Shown: piece by piece, positions 25,066 to 36,632 of the stretch
Layout: the number at the start of each line of letters is the position of its first letter
How positions within the stretch are numbered: position 1 is the stretch's first letter
From: Cystobasidiomycetes sp. EMM_F5
Lineage: Eukaryota
Reading direction: 5' to 3'
Assembly (NCBI GenBank): GCA_051047955.1
Contig: JBPGPT010000037.1
Location: forward strand, 62,001-126,000
DNA length: 64,000 nt
Translations under genes and position numbers: made by a program
Notes under the pieces: model-generated
Seen by the model: only the letters and a program-made list of their open reading frames with translations
Told to the model about the DNA's origin: nothing
The model's database searches: none

Positions 25066-27205
25066 TTAGCGAGGTGTAGCTGCACCGGACGGAACATTGC
25101 TGTCCGCTTGTAAGCGGCGCGATTCTCGGAACTTTTGTTCCTCCTCGAATGAGCCTGGCAACGGGTACTCCTCAATCTAGAATGAACGCTGATCAAGGTC
25201 TGGTCATGGCTATCGTATAGAGCACGTACGGAAAATGCCAAGATGGTATTGATGATGCTTAGCGCTCCGACAAGCAGAAATACGTAACGCAAGCCCATCG
25301 CGTAACTTTGTACAGCCTTCAGTCGTAGATCCTTCGGCAAGTAAATTATACTGGTAGCTTCAGTGCGAATCTTGCGAATGAGTTCTTCTGAGCCAGGCCC
25401 AGTGATTCGTTGTCTGAGCTGTGAAGTCAAGACACCTTGTAATATGGCACCAGCGACGCCGACTCCGACCACCTTTGAGCGTAAAGCTCCGTCAGTATAA
25501 CATCCATCCTGGCTAACAGCGACGCACCTGTCCGCAATACCGGAATAGATAGCTGATTCCAGTTGCAACAGCCACATCCTCGCGGTCCACGTTGGCCAGC
25601 AGGGCGATGAGGAGCGCGGTCACCTGTAGCAGTGATCAGCGAGGATGTCCAAGCGCGAGCCACACTCATAAAACACACCATTCCTCCAGTACCGAAAGCA
25701 GTGGGAACCACCGCAACCCAATCAACCCAGGAAACGGTATCGGACATTCGCAGGAACATGGCGACAGATATGAGTGTAGAGAGACCAAAACTTATGATGA
25801 GATAATAGTACTTCCCAGTACTACGCATCTATATATCACGCATGTCAGACTGCTTTTGTACGGAAACGATGCCAGCTCACTATGATGCCTGCAAAGAGCG
25901 ATCCAGCAGACAGAGCTATTGAACATGGGACAAGATGAAGTCCTGCTTCTTTCGGCGACTGCAGCTGGACAGTTTCGAAAAACAAGGGCAGATAGTATAG
26001 CACTGCAGCAGGAGTATGAGCTCGGTTCAGATCCCTAGTATATGGCCTCACCTATGAACGAAATCATCGATAGAAGAAAGTTACCAAACGCAATACAAAT
26101 GGGCGACCGGTGGCTGAGTATGCGAAGGGGCATCACAGGGAAAGGGCTGATTTTGGCCTCGACATAGATGAAGATTGCCAGGAATACCACAAACGCCGTC
26201 AACGTAGCCCACACTCTTGCATCTGACCAAGGCAGATTTTCGTTATTCTTGAAAGAGAGGGAGAGTAGGAGGCCAGAAATGCAGCAGATCAAGGTCGCAC
26301 TCCCAAGCCAGTCGACGCGCTTGAAAGCCTCTTTGGTCATGGGAAGCTGACTTGGCAGCTGGTACCGCACAAATACAAAGATGAGAATCCATGTCAAGCA
26401 CAATGGCGGTACTTGTACGAGAAATGCCCATCTCCAGTCGTATTTTGATGCTATGTACCCGCCAAGAGGAGCACCTAGCCCTGATCCAGCACCGTACAGT
26501 ATGTTGACGAGCCCTTGCACGAGTCCGCGCTTCTTCAATGGAATGAGATCACTCGCAACGATGCTAGAAATGGTCATAATGCCTCCCCCACCCATTCCGG
26601 CCAGAGCACGCGAGGCGATCAGCATGTTCATGCTGTTACTGAGACCGCACATGAGTGTACCAACAGTGAAGAAGGTCAATGCGATGAGGGAAGCAACGCG
26701 GCGGCCTGTTATATCGGATAATCGGCCGTACAGGGGTGTCGTAGTAGCGATAGCCAGCAGATAAGAAGTTCCGAGCCATGAGACTTGATTGGAGGAATGG
26801 AAGGAAGACGATATTGGAGATACGACTGGTGTATCCAGACTTTGGTCAGCGTTTGCGCTTCAACGCCATCAACAGCTCTGCCTGCTTACGGGTGGCGACG
26901 ATAGTCGCTGTGATAAATTGCATCAGACGGCACATGTTAGCTTCTAAGGATTGCTGCACGCAGACGCCCATCATGGCTCACTGTCGAGAGCTCCAAGGAA
27001 TACAGAAATCTGACAGCACACATGGCGTTAGCAATTGCGAGCTGACCGCTGATTCTCCTGATATGCAGACCCATGTTGCGCCCAGAATAGTCACAAGCTT
27101 CGCCCGGCTGATATTGGTTGGAGCGGCTGATGATTGCGACTTCTTGGCGGCATCCTCCGCATCTCGTATAGCCTCAAGCAGCGGTGTCCTCTCGTGGGTC
27201 GTCAT
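25066..27205 (-). CDS. MFS DHA2 transporter, Vba/Fnx-like vacuolar amino acid transporter
   Basis: N-terminal ERTPLL dileucine signal. Spliced FLGALDTTIVATL...SWLGTSYLL...PLYGRLSDITGRR, RALAGMGGGG, SDLIPLKKRG, WRWAFLVQVP. Confidence 0.88.
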
Positions 27206-27592
27206 GCAGCTGAGGAGTATTTTTCGCTTAGGGTGTCAACGGGCCACAGACGAGCGAAAGCGAATGAGTTAGCGAACTTGCAAGTACAACAATGCGGCAG
27301 ACATTACGAAAGGCTACTATAGGCGGCCTTGTCATTGAGTGCGGGATAACCGTGGAAGTAATGGCTTAAAAGGCGACAACGAATCGAGCGAAGTCTGCTG
27401 GAAGAACCAAAGCGAATCGCACTGACATTCACTCATGAAGGATTCTGCGATACCCCGAGCACTTCGATCTTACGGTAGAGTTCGCTCAGCGTTGCAATAC
27501 TTCTCGCTTGCCCTGACTAAGATTACATAGCGTGATAATTGAAGTATTTACGTGCCCTTGATGTTATCGACAGTCTGACGTGGTAGCAGAGA

Positions 27593-29711
27593 TCAAACTT
27601 GAGGCAGGAATTAGCAGAGTGTATCGCCCTGGGAAGACTATACTCACTGAGATATACAAAGAACAAGTTTTCTTGGTCAGTCGCGTCTTGTAAAGCCTTT
27701 CCTCCGTGAACTTCAGCTTCATCAGTATCCTGGAATTGTGATTCCATCGAATAGTCCTTGATCTTGGCGGGGAAGCCAGCTGCAACTCGTTGACGTTCCT
27801 TCATTTTCTGTAGTCGGAAAATGTTGAAGATTTGTGTCAAGGCCACGCCGGCGCAGATAGCGAAGACAATAAAGACGCCTGTAAGGGCTGGGTGGTAGGT
27901 CGGCTTATCCTTGGCTTGGAACTGGAAAGATGGAGGGGGAGGGGACAAAAAAAGCGGGGAAATCGTCAGGAATCACGGAAAGCCGTACAGGAACGATATC
28001 TTTACGAGGTAGGGGGCAACAATATTGCCTATCGCTGAGGAAGCATTGTAGCCTGTTTATTTCATCATTTAGCGACTTTTAGAACGTTATTTACAATTTT
28101 TTCCAACGAACCTGCATAATAAGTGGCTTTCTTGGTCTGCCCAGCAATATTTGCTGCCATCCAGCTGATGATGAGTGGATTGCCAGCGTAGAGGAAGGCA
28201 AAGAGATAGTAACCCAGAAGCAGGGGTCCCTGGTTGGCTTTTGTTTGTGGCAGAGCGTAAAGCATGGCGGTTCCGGCGATGACGGGCAAGACAAAGATGA
28301 AGAGAATGATGCCCTTAGTCTTGAAACGGACAGATAGCCACGATCCGAGCAGAATCATGATGGTTTGCAAGAAGCCGTACGGCATATTCAAGAGTCTGCG
28401 AAAATAAATCAGTCTGCTAGCCAAAACTTAAGCCAATATGCACAAAGCCACTCACACAGACTGATCAGGTGTGAAACCTAATAGTAGTGTACAGAACGAG
28501 TCAGATTTACAGCTGTAAATGGCGGAAATAGTTTCACTAACCAATAATAGTCTGGAATTTTGTAAAGATTCGGACAAAATGAGAGGGGGGGGGGGGGGTC
28601 GACTGGTTAGCTAGGTTTATGCTAAATATGCGTAACATCGACTCGCGTTTAGAATGGTTGGACCAAATACGGAAGATGTTGAAGCCCCGATGTTAATGCA
28701 AATCGCTAAGGCCAGGAATCAGCCAAAATTTCGACGAAAGCAAGTGAAATGTCGCTTACTGAGCATCATAAACAAGTAGAACTTGATTTCAAGCAGAGAC
28801 TCGATGACTTGATGGAAATTGAAGCCAAAGTGACGGATTCCTTGCTGATTTGCCTTGAGACGCTCGACAGCCTTGACTCTATCCTCTGGGGAAAGGAAGC
28901 GAGCTTTGTCTGGCGAGTCAGAGAGCCACCAGTAGCCAGCGATACCGACAAGCACGGTCAAAACGCCGAAGAAGATATATGTAATTTGGTAGACGTAGAT
29001 GGTGGGATTTGGAATTCTTGCCAAACCATAAATGATGGGAGAGCAGAAGACGTTGGCAAGCCCGTTCGTTCCGTACCATAGAGCTACTCTGAGAGGCTGC
29101 TCTGTCCGTCGATACCAAGCGATGGTGATGATCGAGAAGAGCGGGAGAACTGACGCCTCAAACCATCCCAGTAAAAATCGGGTGGCCATCAACGTCGTGT
29201 AGTTGTGGCTGGCAGCCATTCCCAGCAGAGATGTGCCCCAGCATATAACAATGATAGGGAAGAAGAGGCGATATCGCAGCTTGACCAGCAGGAATGCGGC
29301 CAACGGCTGAGCCACCAGCTGAGCGTAGTAACCAATTGAACCAATATTGGAGTAGTCATTGCCTTGCAAATTCGCATCTGTCTTCAATCCGTAAACAGCA
29401 GTGATACCGATAATGGTCTTGTCGGCAGTTCTGTAGATTTGATCAGCTGACCTTGTCAATGCGGGGCAACTGCATTTCGACGCCATCGGACGGCGAGCTC
29501 ACTGAAAGAAGTAGACAATCATCAAGGCAGAGAGGATGACCAGATCTGTCTTGCGCTTGATGCGCTTGTTGTCCTCATCGCTGACGTGCACATTCGTCGT
29601 CGCCAATTCCGACAGGACGATATCTCCCGTCTTTGAGTGCTGGCGGCCAGCTTCTACGTAGTCTGTCTGGTTCTTGTCGTCAGCACCATTACTGGACGGA
29701 CTGTGGGACAT
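27593..29711 (-). CDS. MFS anion:cation symporter, allantoate permease (DAL5-like)
   Basis: RIKRKTDLVIL, RFLLGWFEASVLP, WYRRTEQPLR, SPDKARFLS, AANIAGQTKK, and DATDQENLFFVYLI*. Reading frame maintained through micro-exons. Confidence 0.88.
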
Positions 29712-29854
29712 GGTGGCAGTATGTCTTGCAGATGCGGTGCCAGAAGAAGGAAGGCGAAAATGCAAAGACGCGGACAGCCTGCAAAGCTTCGTCTCGCACG
29801 GCAAACAGCGGCAACTTGGTGATTAGCCGTCAGTCGATTGAGCGCATTCGCAAA

Positions 29855-29967
29855 CGGGGCCTGGGATTCTCCGGGGCCTCGACACCCATAGCCTTTTTCA
29901 TTTCTGACAGCGGGAGCTTCCGGCAACCCACGGTCCCGATCGCCGGGGAAGCCCGAAATCCGGGGAA
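29855..29967. promoter_or_regulatory. Two pairs of CGGGG direct repeats, each 17 nt apart (candidate Zn2Cys6 sites)
   Basis: CGGGGCCT at 29855 and 29872; CGGGGAA at 29944 and 29961. Confidence 0.4.
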
Positions 29968-30776
29968 TCGGGCAAGCCCAAAACCATCAAGACTCCGCTG
30001 CTATCCGTCCAGAGCCGGCGACAGGGGCGACAGGCTACTGATGCATATCAGCGCTGAAAGCTTTAGAGATGCGACCACCGATGTATGACACGTCTGTGTA
30101 CATATTCTGCACGACATGCAAGACCCCACTACTAAACGCTTGTTGACCTGCTGCACGCACCCATCGGCCCGCTGCCATCCATTTCCATTCAAACAATCAA
30201 AGCCCCTCCCATCGTCATGACTTTGCCAAATTCATCAGACCAGCCCAATGTTTACACGCGAATCTGTCGCTTCTCATGCTTCGCTTTGGCTGCAGTGCTG
30301 ACTGACTTGCTGGTACGACGAGACGTATCCACGACGCAGTCGACCCAAAGCTCGGGCATCGACCTGTGCGATCTGATTACAATAGCTGCAGGAGCGGGCA
30401 AGCTTAGATGGCAATCTCTTCAACGCCTTATGCGCCAAGACCTTCTCGCACGCGCGAGGGAACTGCTACTTCGCAATGGTATTCACATTTTCAGCTACAG
30501 ATCATGGGCGGTCGCGCCGGTATCCGAGTAGGAATGTGCCGCAAGTTCGCAGAGCGGAGGACGATGCTGTATCTCAGGACTCTCTATGGTATGTCATGCA
30601 AGCGTGTCTCAGCGTTTACTAATACAGTTCTTGCAGCACATCAAATTGCCTCAGCTCCCGAACCTGTAGAACAAAGGATGTGAGCAGCAGTAGTCTGTTG
30701 AAATCTCAGAGCCCGGCTGATCTGCAGGTGCTCACAGAATAGCTGTCTGTGCTCGGTCGACGACAATCAGCGGATT

Positions 30777-32603
30777 TTGTTCTGCCTACAGACTAGCTGT
30801 TTGGCCAATGCTGCAAGTCAATTTCAAGCATCGATAGATCGTGTGAGTCCTGTTGGCTCATTTGCGCACGCGTCACGACTGACTGAGCATGTTGCGCAGA
30901 CTTGTTCATCGCAAGCAGCACCGACTTCGTCCAAAACAGCCGCGCCGTCGACTTCCAGCAAATCTGCGAGAACAACGCGCAGGCGCAGTAGCTCCCTCAC
31001 CGCATCAGCTATTGCGGGCAACTCTTCCTCCGTCGCGTCAAGCACAACTTCACAACTAGACGATTCTCTTGCGCCGAAACCAACAAGGTCTCTGAACAGT
31101 ACTTCGAGCCGAACCACGGCGTCGCTGCCATTGTCGACAACAAGCTTGACTAGTTCAACAAGCTCTTCATCTTCGCGAGTCGTGTTCACCTCATCGAAAT
31201 TATCCTCCAATAGCTCTACATTCTCCTCGACGGAGTCGACGCAGTCAACATCAACTTCTAACGCTTCAGATGTTATTCCGCACAACTTCCTGCCGGATCA
31301 GTCCAAACACGATCCTCTACCTATAGCTACGACATTGGGTATCGTAGCGGGAGTGGTAGGCTTTTTGGTCATCGCGACCGCTGCGATATGGATCATCTAC
31401 AGACGCCGACAGAGTAAGAATGAGGGACGGCTTGTTTATGGTCAAACAATGTCGCAAACCTCTTCGGAAGCTGAATTTACGGAAAAGAAGCTAGCAGGAA
31501 ATGCACAGACCCACGACAGCCAGTCATGGATTGACTTTGCTCTAGGCGAGCCGCTACCGGCTCAAGAGAAGGGCGAAGGAGCTAGGATGACGAACTCAAA
31601 GGGCGAAAAGCTCGAGGATACGCCTCAAGTAGCTGCATATACGGAAACCTTTGAGCCTTCGCAGGAGAAACCAGCTGCTCCAGGCGTCACCATTATGCGA
31701 AGTTCGCAACGGTCTTTCCTCAACTTCTTTGACTCTGGTCGTACCGACTCGATGGTGGAGTCTGTACGATCAAAGTCTGTCATTTCAACAGTCAGTGCTC
31801 ATCTGAGCAAGCTTATGCCAAAATGGATAGATGTCAATCAGGTCTCGCACCCCCCTTCCTCCACTCAGCATCATCATCAACGTAAAGCAAGCGATACACC
31901 TAGCAGTATATTCACGCCGGGCAACTTCCTCAACAGTCACCAACAAGCGGGTGCTGTGCATCGTAGCATAATTGACCGTCCTCCCTATCAAAGAACTAGG
32001 TCTGGGATGACAAGCTACTTCTCGCGCTTATTGGGAGAGGAAGGTGAAGGCCAACGCGTGAAGCGAAAGCCTGTGCCTAAGCGAACCACGGCGGAAATCA
32101 AGCAGGAGCAGCAAGATTTGCATTCGGAAATTGTCAGGTTGACATCTGCGCCGTTGCAAGCTGGCTTGAACGCGCATATGCTACGACAAGACTCTAGTGC
32201 CGACGACAAGAATACGCGCCAGAGTAGTTCTGTGGACACAAAGACGCACTCAGGCGTAAGCTACCCTCGAGATGTTAGTATGGCAGCAAGTGAAGATGGC
32301 GAATGGCATGCTGCCCCGACTCGGGCTTCCAGTATCGATTTGCAATGGGTCACACAGCCTCCGCTACCTACCAAGCATCGACAGTCTCGACAAGATTCGC
32401 AGTTTCTGGTCCCGGGCAAACGGTACGTGACGCCGAGCAGGTCTTCGAGCCATAAGTCAGGGGTCTCGAATCAAATGCCATTCATCAATGATGACGAAGT
32501 CGCTGAGCCTTCTCCCGCTCTACCTTCGAACGGCTCAAGCAGACGACACAGCTCACGTGGTGGACATACTGCCGGCTCAACGCACGTCGGAAGAGCTCTT
32601 TGA
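30777..32603 (+). CDS. S/T-rich single-pass membrane protein (Mid2/mucin-like); probable further exons upstream from about 30217
   Basis: S/T-rich ectodomain, TM LGIVAGVVGFLVIATAAIWIIY followed by RRRQSK, and a long cytosolic tail. Confidence 0.7.
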   Translation: MFCLQTSCLANAASQFQASIDRVSPVGSFAHASRLTEHVAQTCSSQAAPTSSKTAAPSTSSKSARTTRRRSSSLTASAIAGNSSSVASSTTSQLDDSLAPKPTRSLNSTSSRTTASLPLSTTSLTSSTSSSSSRVVFTSSKLSSNSSTFSSTESTQSTSTSNASDVIPHNFLPDQSKHDPLPIATTLGIVAGVVGFLVIATAAIWIIYRRRQSKNEGRLVYGQTMSQTSSEAEFTEKKLAGNAQTHDSQSWIDFALGEPLPAQEKGEGARMTNSKGEKLEDTPQVAAYTETFEPSQEKPAAPGVTIMRSSQRSFLNFFDSGRTDSMVESVRSKSVISTVSAHLSKLMPKWIDVNQVSHPPSSTQHHHQRKASDTPSSIFTPGNFLNSHQQAGAVHRSIIDRPPYQRTRSGMTSYFSRLLGEEGEGQRVKRKPVPKRTTAEIKQEQQDLHSEIVRLTSAPLQAGLNAHMLRQDSSADDKNTRQSSSVDTKTHSGVSYPRDVSMAASEDGEWHAAPTRASSIDLQWVTQPPLPTKHRQSRQDSQFLVPGKRYVTPSRSSSHKSGVSNQMPFINDDEVAEPSPALPSNGSSRRHSSRGGHTAGSTHVGRAL

Positions 32604-32727
32604 GACTTGTAGCTTGTTCATAGCGTCACATTCGAATATACTGTAGCATAATCGTAGAGGCATGAAGGGGCAGGCTGCGACAAGGCTTACGAGCACACTT
32701 TGATGAACAGGTGTACCATTTGAACGT

Positions 32728-34397
32728 CTAATAATACACGCTCGGCATGCTTTCTACACCGCTAGCGAAACGTACTACTCGAGCAGACTGAGGTTGAGGT
32801 GCGGCGTAAAATGCAGCGGAATTGGGGTCGACCCAATTACTGGCAGATACCGGCGTGGTAGGAAATGATGGTGTGCTGGAAGCAATCCGCGAATCGAATC
32901 TTCTATCTGCAACTTGCGCCAAGTGACCGGTGGCGAGAGCGCGATGGGGAGAATGGGTATATGCAAGTATAGACCCTGTCCGGTCATCCTCGCTGTTACC
33001 AGGCGACATTGGTAATGGAGAATGTATCCTCTCCTCTCGTGTAGCGCTGTCGTTGACCCAATATTGGGACAACACACCATTGTCGTCACTCTGGCCTTGC
33101 GAGCTGGTGCTGAAGTGACTGGAGATAATATTACTGTCCGTTGCGAAGCCGTGAAGGTGTTCTGGAGAGGTGACGGCTGTGCCATACTGTGATTCAGCGC
33201 CGTAGTAGTACTGATCGGGCGGCGTATACCCTGTTGGCTTCTCTACATCCTGCTGTTGTTCGGCAGCGACCGCCATGGCCGCTGACTGTTGTATGTCCTT
33301 TACTTCGCCACCGAAAGTGCTGTGACTGTCGGTGCTGCTGAGACTTAGTCTCCCCTTCCTGCAGGCCCTGCGCTTCTTGTATCGCCAAAACAGAGGACCG
33401 CCTGCTAGTAGCACGAGGAGCAGGATGACACCAACGGTTATACCGGCCGTGGTGGATTTTGAAGGTCCCAAAGATACTGACGATGTATTCTGATCCATAG
33501 GAGTGTACCCCGTCTGTTCAGGAACAATGCCTTCGCTTGTACCCAGGCTGCTCTCCGTACCAAGCTGACTATGGCTTGAGAAGGCTTTGCCCACCGAGAC
33601 GTGACCAGACGTCGGAAAGATGGTAGAAGATTGCGATAGCGTCGGAACGGACGGTTGCAAGGTGGGTATTGTCATAGAGTCCGTCGCATCTCCCTTTTGA
33701 AGAATTGCGGAGGCAGCACTACTTGACGTAGTTGATGTGCTTGACGTCACAGATTCCGCAGGACTAGTCGACCTAGACTTTGAGGTTGAGGTGGGCACGA
33801 GGCTGCTAGAACTGCTGCTAAGCTTTGACGTTGATGCGAGCGTCGATGCGATCACACTGTGCGAGAGCTGTGATGATGATGAGACGTTACTGACAGATGA
33901 AGGAACGCTCGCTGAATATATTGCCTTTGTAGGAGCCGAGGTAGCGGCAGCTGCATTGCGTACTGGAATAGTCGTTGATACTGCAGGCGGCGGAACATCG
34001 CTAAGCTTAGCGGAGGCAATGCCTGTGCTAATTGAACCTGATAAAGAAGAGATCGGTGTCGACGGAGCGGCAGGTATTTTTTCTGCACTCGGGGACGGCG
34101 TGATGGACGGCAAAGTAGACTGTACCGCGGCGGCACTATTGACAGTCTTGGCAGCTGCCAATTCCCTCGCGACTTGCGTAGTATCATTCACACTGTAAGG
34201 CAGTCTCTTAGAGCCATACGTTTTATACCAGTGGGCGGGACTCACGTAGTCTGTGCAGGTGCAGCACTGCTTGCCGGGGCCGACGGAGCGACTGGCTGTA
34301 TACGTCCACCTCGGCCGCCCCACCCTCCACCAGCGCCCCCGCCAGCACCTCCGCCGTAGCCCCACCGTCTAGACATCCTGCGGTCCCCAACACCCAT
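32728..34397 (-). CDS. S/T-rich single-pass membrane protein (Mid2/mucin-like) with a Gly-rich N-terminal patch; 5' end uncertain
   Basis: S/T/A-rich stalk, TM AGITVGVILLLVLLAGGPLFW followed by RYKKRR. Intron about 34194-34245. Confidence 0.7.
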
Positions 34398-35126
34398 GTC
34401 CGGGCTAAGTGCTTGAATCGCCTGCTTTTCTAGCCAGTCGTGCTCTGCACTTAGCGTGACGGAGCCAGGTCTCACGATACAGGCATTGCCTTACGAGTAG
34501 GCGCGCACAAGGACTGACTCGTACAAGACAGTATCGTCGCTGCCGCTTAGATGCCCCATATGGCCAGTAATAGTGTGCGGGTCGGTCAAAGGCCGCAGTT
34601 ATGGGAAGAGGCCGCAACAAAGGCAAGGCCTTTCCCACCAGTACGAAGCGCGTTTGAACCGGCCATTTTGTGTAAGGAATATGGACTTTGTGAACAGATT
34701 GCTTGGTTTCCGCAAATTTGCACTATGGCGTCTGTGACGCTGGCACGGCTGGTCTGCCGGGAGGGGAATCTACATTCGTGATGAGAGAGTATGCGGAAAT
34801 GGGATCAGTAGCTTCCAAGTCAGCTGTTAGTAGCCATTTGAACCAATGTTCAAGCTTGTAACATTATTGCTTCTCGGTTGCCAATTGCATAGTTGTTGCG
34901 CTTGACCCAGGCTGACCTCGACTTGAGTACACCTGAGCATGGCTTCGCTGTACACTGGCAACGAGAGCATAGCCAAGACTACAGACTGGCCAGAAAGTGA
35001 GTCCTGAAAGCGGTCCATCTGGACTATCCGCGTGTCTGTGGAAGTGTCGCTCGCAGCTGATGTGACTTGAAATTGTTGCTAACCCATCCGGCGTTCTTTT
35101 AATTGATCCTGAATCCCTTTGCTGAC

Positions 35127-36220
35127 ATGCTGAATACTGCTCCGCGTGCTGGATGTGTGCGGCACCACCCGTATCGTGCTTGAACCAACGGTATCGATGA
35201 CGATCCGGCAGTCCAAACTGGCGGATCGCTTTTGTTGGCCTTTCAGCTCAAGAACAGGCGGGTCTTGCTGGTCGGTGGGGGCAATGTCGCTGCAGACAGA
35301 CTGCGAAGTGTACTTCCCGCGGATGCTAGAGTCACTCTGATATGCCCAGTGGAAGGCATGGGCACCGAAGTCGCGTATAGAGTGTCCAGAAAAGCGGAGT
35401 ACGGTATTGAAGTGCGAGAGCGCGAGTTTCGCGATGAAGATGTGACGGAAGAGGTACGCTAGATTCGTGCAAGAAGTTGCATTTCAAATTCTAAGACACT
35501 CAGAAACAGGCGTGGGACATGGTCTTAACCGCCCTAGACGATCCCGAGCTCTCAAAGCACATCTACAGCTTATGTAAAGCACGGCATTATACTATAAATG
35601 TCGCCGATGTTCCTCCACTATGCGATTTCTACTTTGGCAGCGTCATCAGGCGAGGCCCACTACAAATAATGGTCTCTACTAACGGTAAAGGCCCAAGACT
35701 GGCCAATCGCATCCGTCGACAGATTGAGCAAGGGCTGCCGAAAGGCGTAGGCGAAGCCATCGAGCGAATAGGAACGCTGCGAGCTCAGCTTCGCAAGCGG
35801 GCACCCGGAAGCGATGCAGAAAAGGTCAAGCGCAGAATGGAATTCATGGTTCGTGTCACCGATTCCTGGTCAATGGATGAACTCGCGAGTATGACGGCGG
35901 AACAGCAGTCCACTGTTCTGGAGAGCTTCGAGGAGGACTATGCACGATCCTATACTTCAGCCACCGGCTCGTACTGGAGGCGGGCGCTATGTCCATATTG
36001 GATGTTAAACGCGGTAAATCCGCTGTTCTGGCTCCGCAGAGGCATCTTGCCGGCAGAAACTATCGAAACCAGACGACAATCGTGTCCAGTATGGCGAGCA
36101 AAATCTACGCCATCAAGCGCACTACTACTCGCTTGCGTGTTTGGAAGTGCCAGCGGAATTAGTGCCGCCTTCACATATCAAATATTGAAGCTTATCCTAG
36201 CACGAAGGAAGATAACGTAG
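35127..36220 (+). CDS. MET8: Precorrin-2 dehydrogenase/sirohydrochlorin ferrochelatase (siroheme biosynthesis)
   Basis: GGSLLLAFQLKNRRVLLVGGGNVA, INVADVPPLCDFYFGS, LQIMVSTNGKGPRLA. Start codon tentative. Confidence 0.9.
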
Positions 36221-36632
36221 CATGCGTCAATGCTGATACGTTTTCGAATTCGCAAAGTCAAACGCAAAACCATCCGCAGCATGCGTTATAGCGTGTCTGG
36301 CGGTGCGAGCTTGTCTGAAGGACTACGGCTGTCACAGGGACGATTTCAGCAAGCGTGGCAAGAGATTCAGGGTTAAAAGTACCAGCGAAAAGAGCAGTAT
36401 GCTTCAATGCCTTCAATTAGCCAGATGGAAAACGCAAGGTCGCAGTATGTGGAGTCCTCGTTGCAGTCAGCTCTGCAGACTTGTACGAATGTCGAGCAGG
36501 GCAAAAGAGGTATCAAAGTCAATTCTGTAGCCAGAGCAAAGCATCAACACATAAAGCATCAGCCACATCCTTGATACATGTTGTGAAAACAGCTACCAGC
36601 GCAACAATACTCAAATGACCGACAATGTCCCT

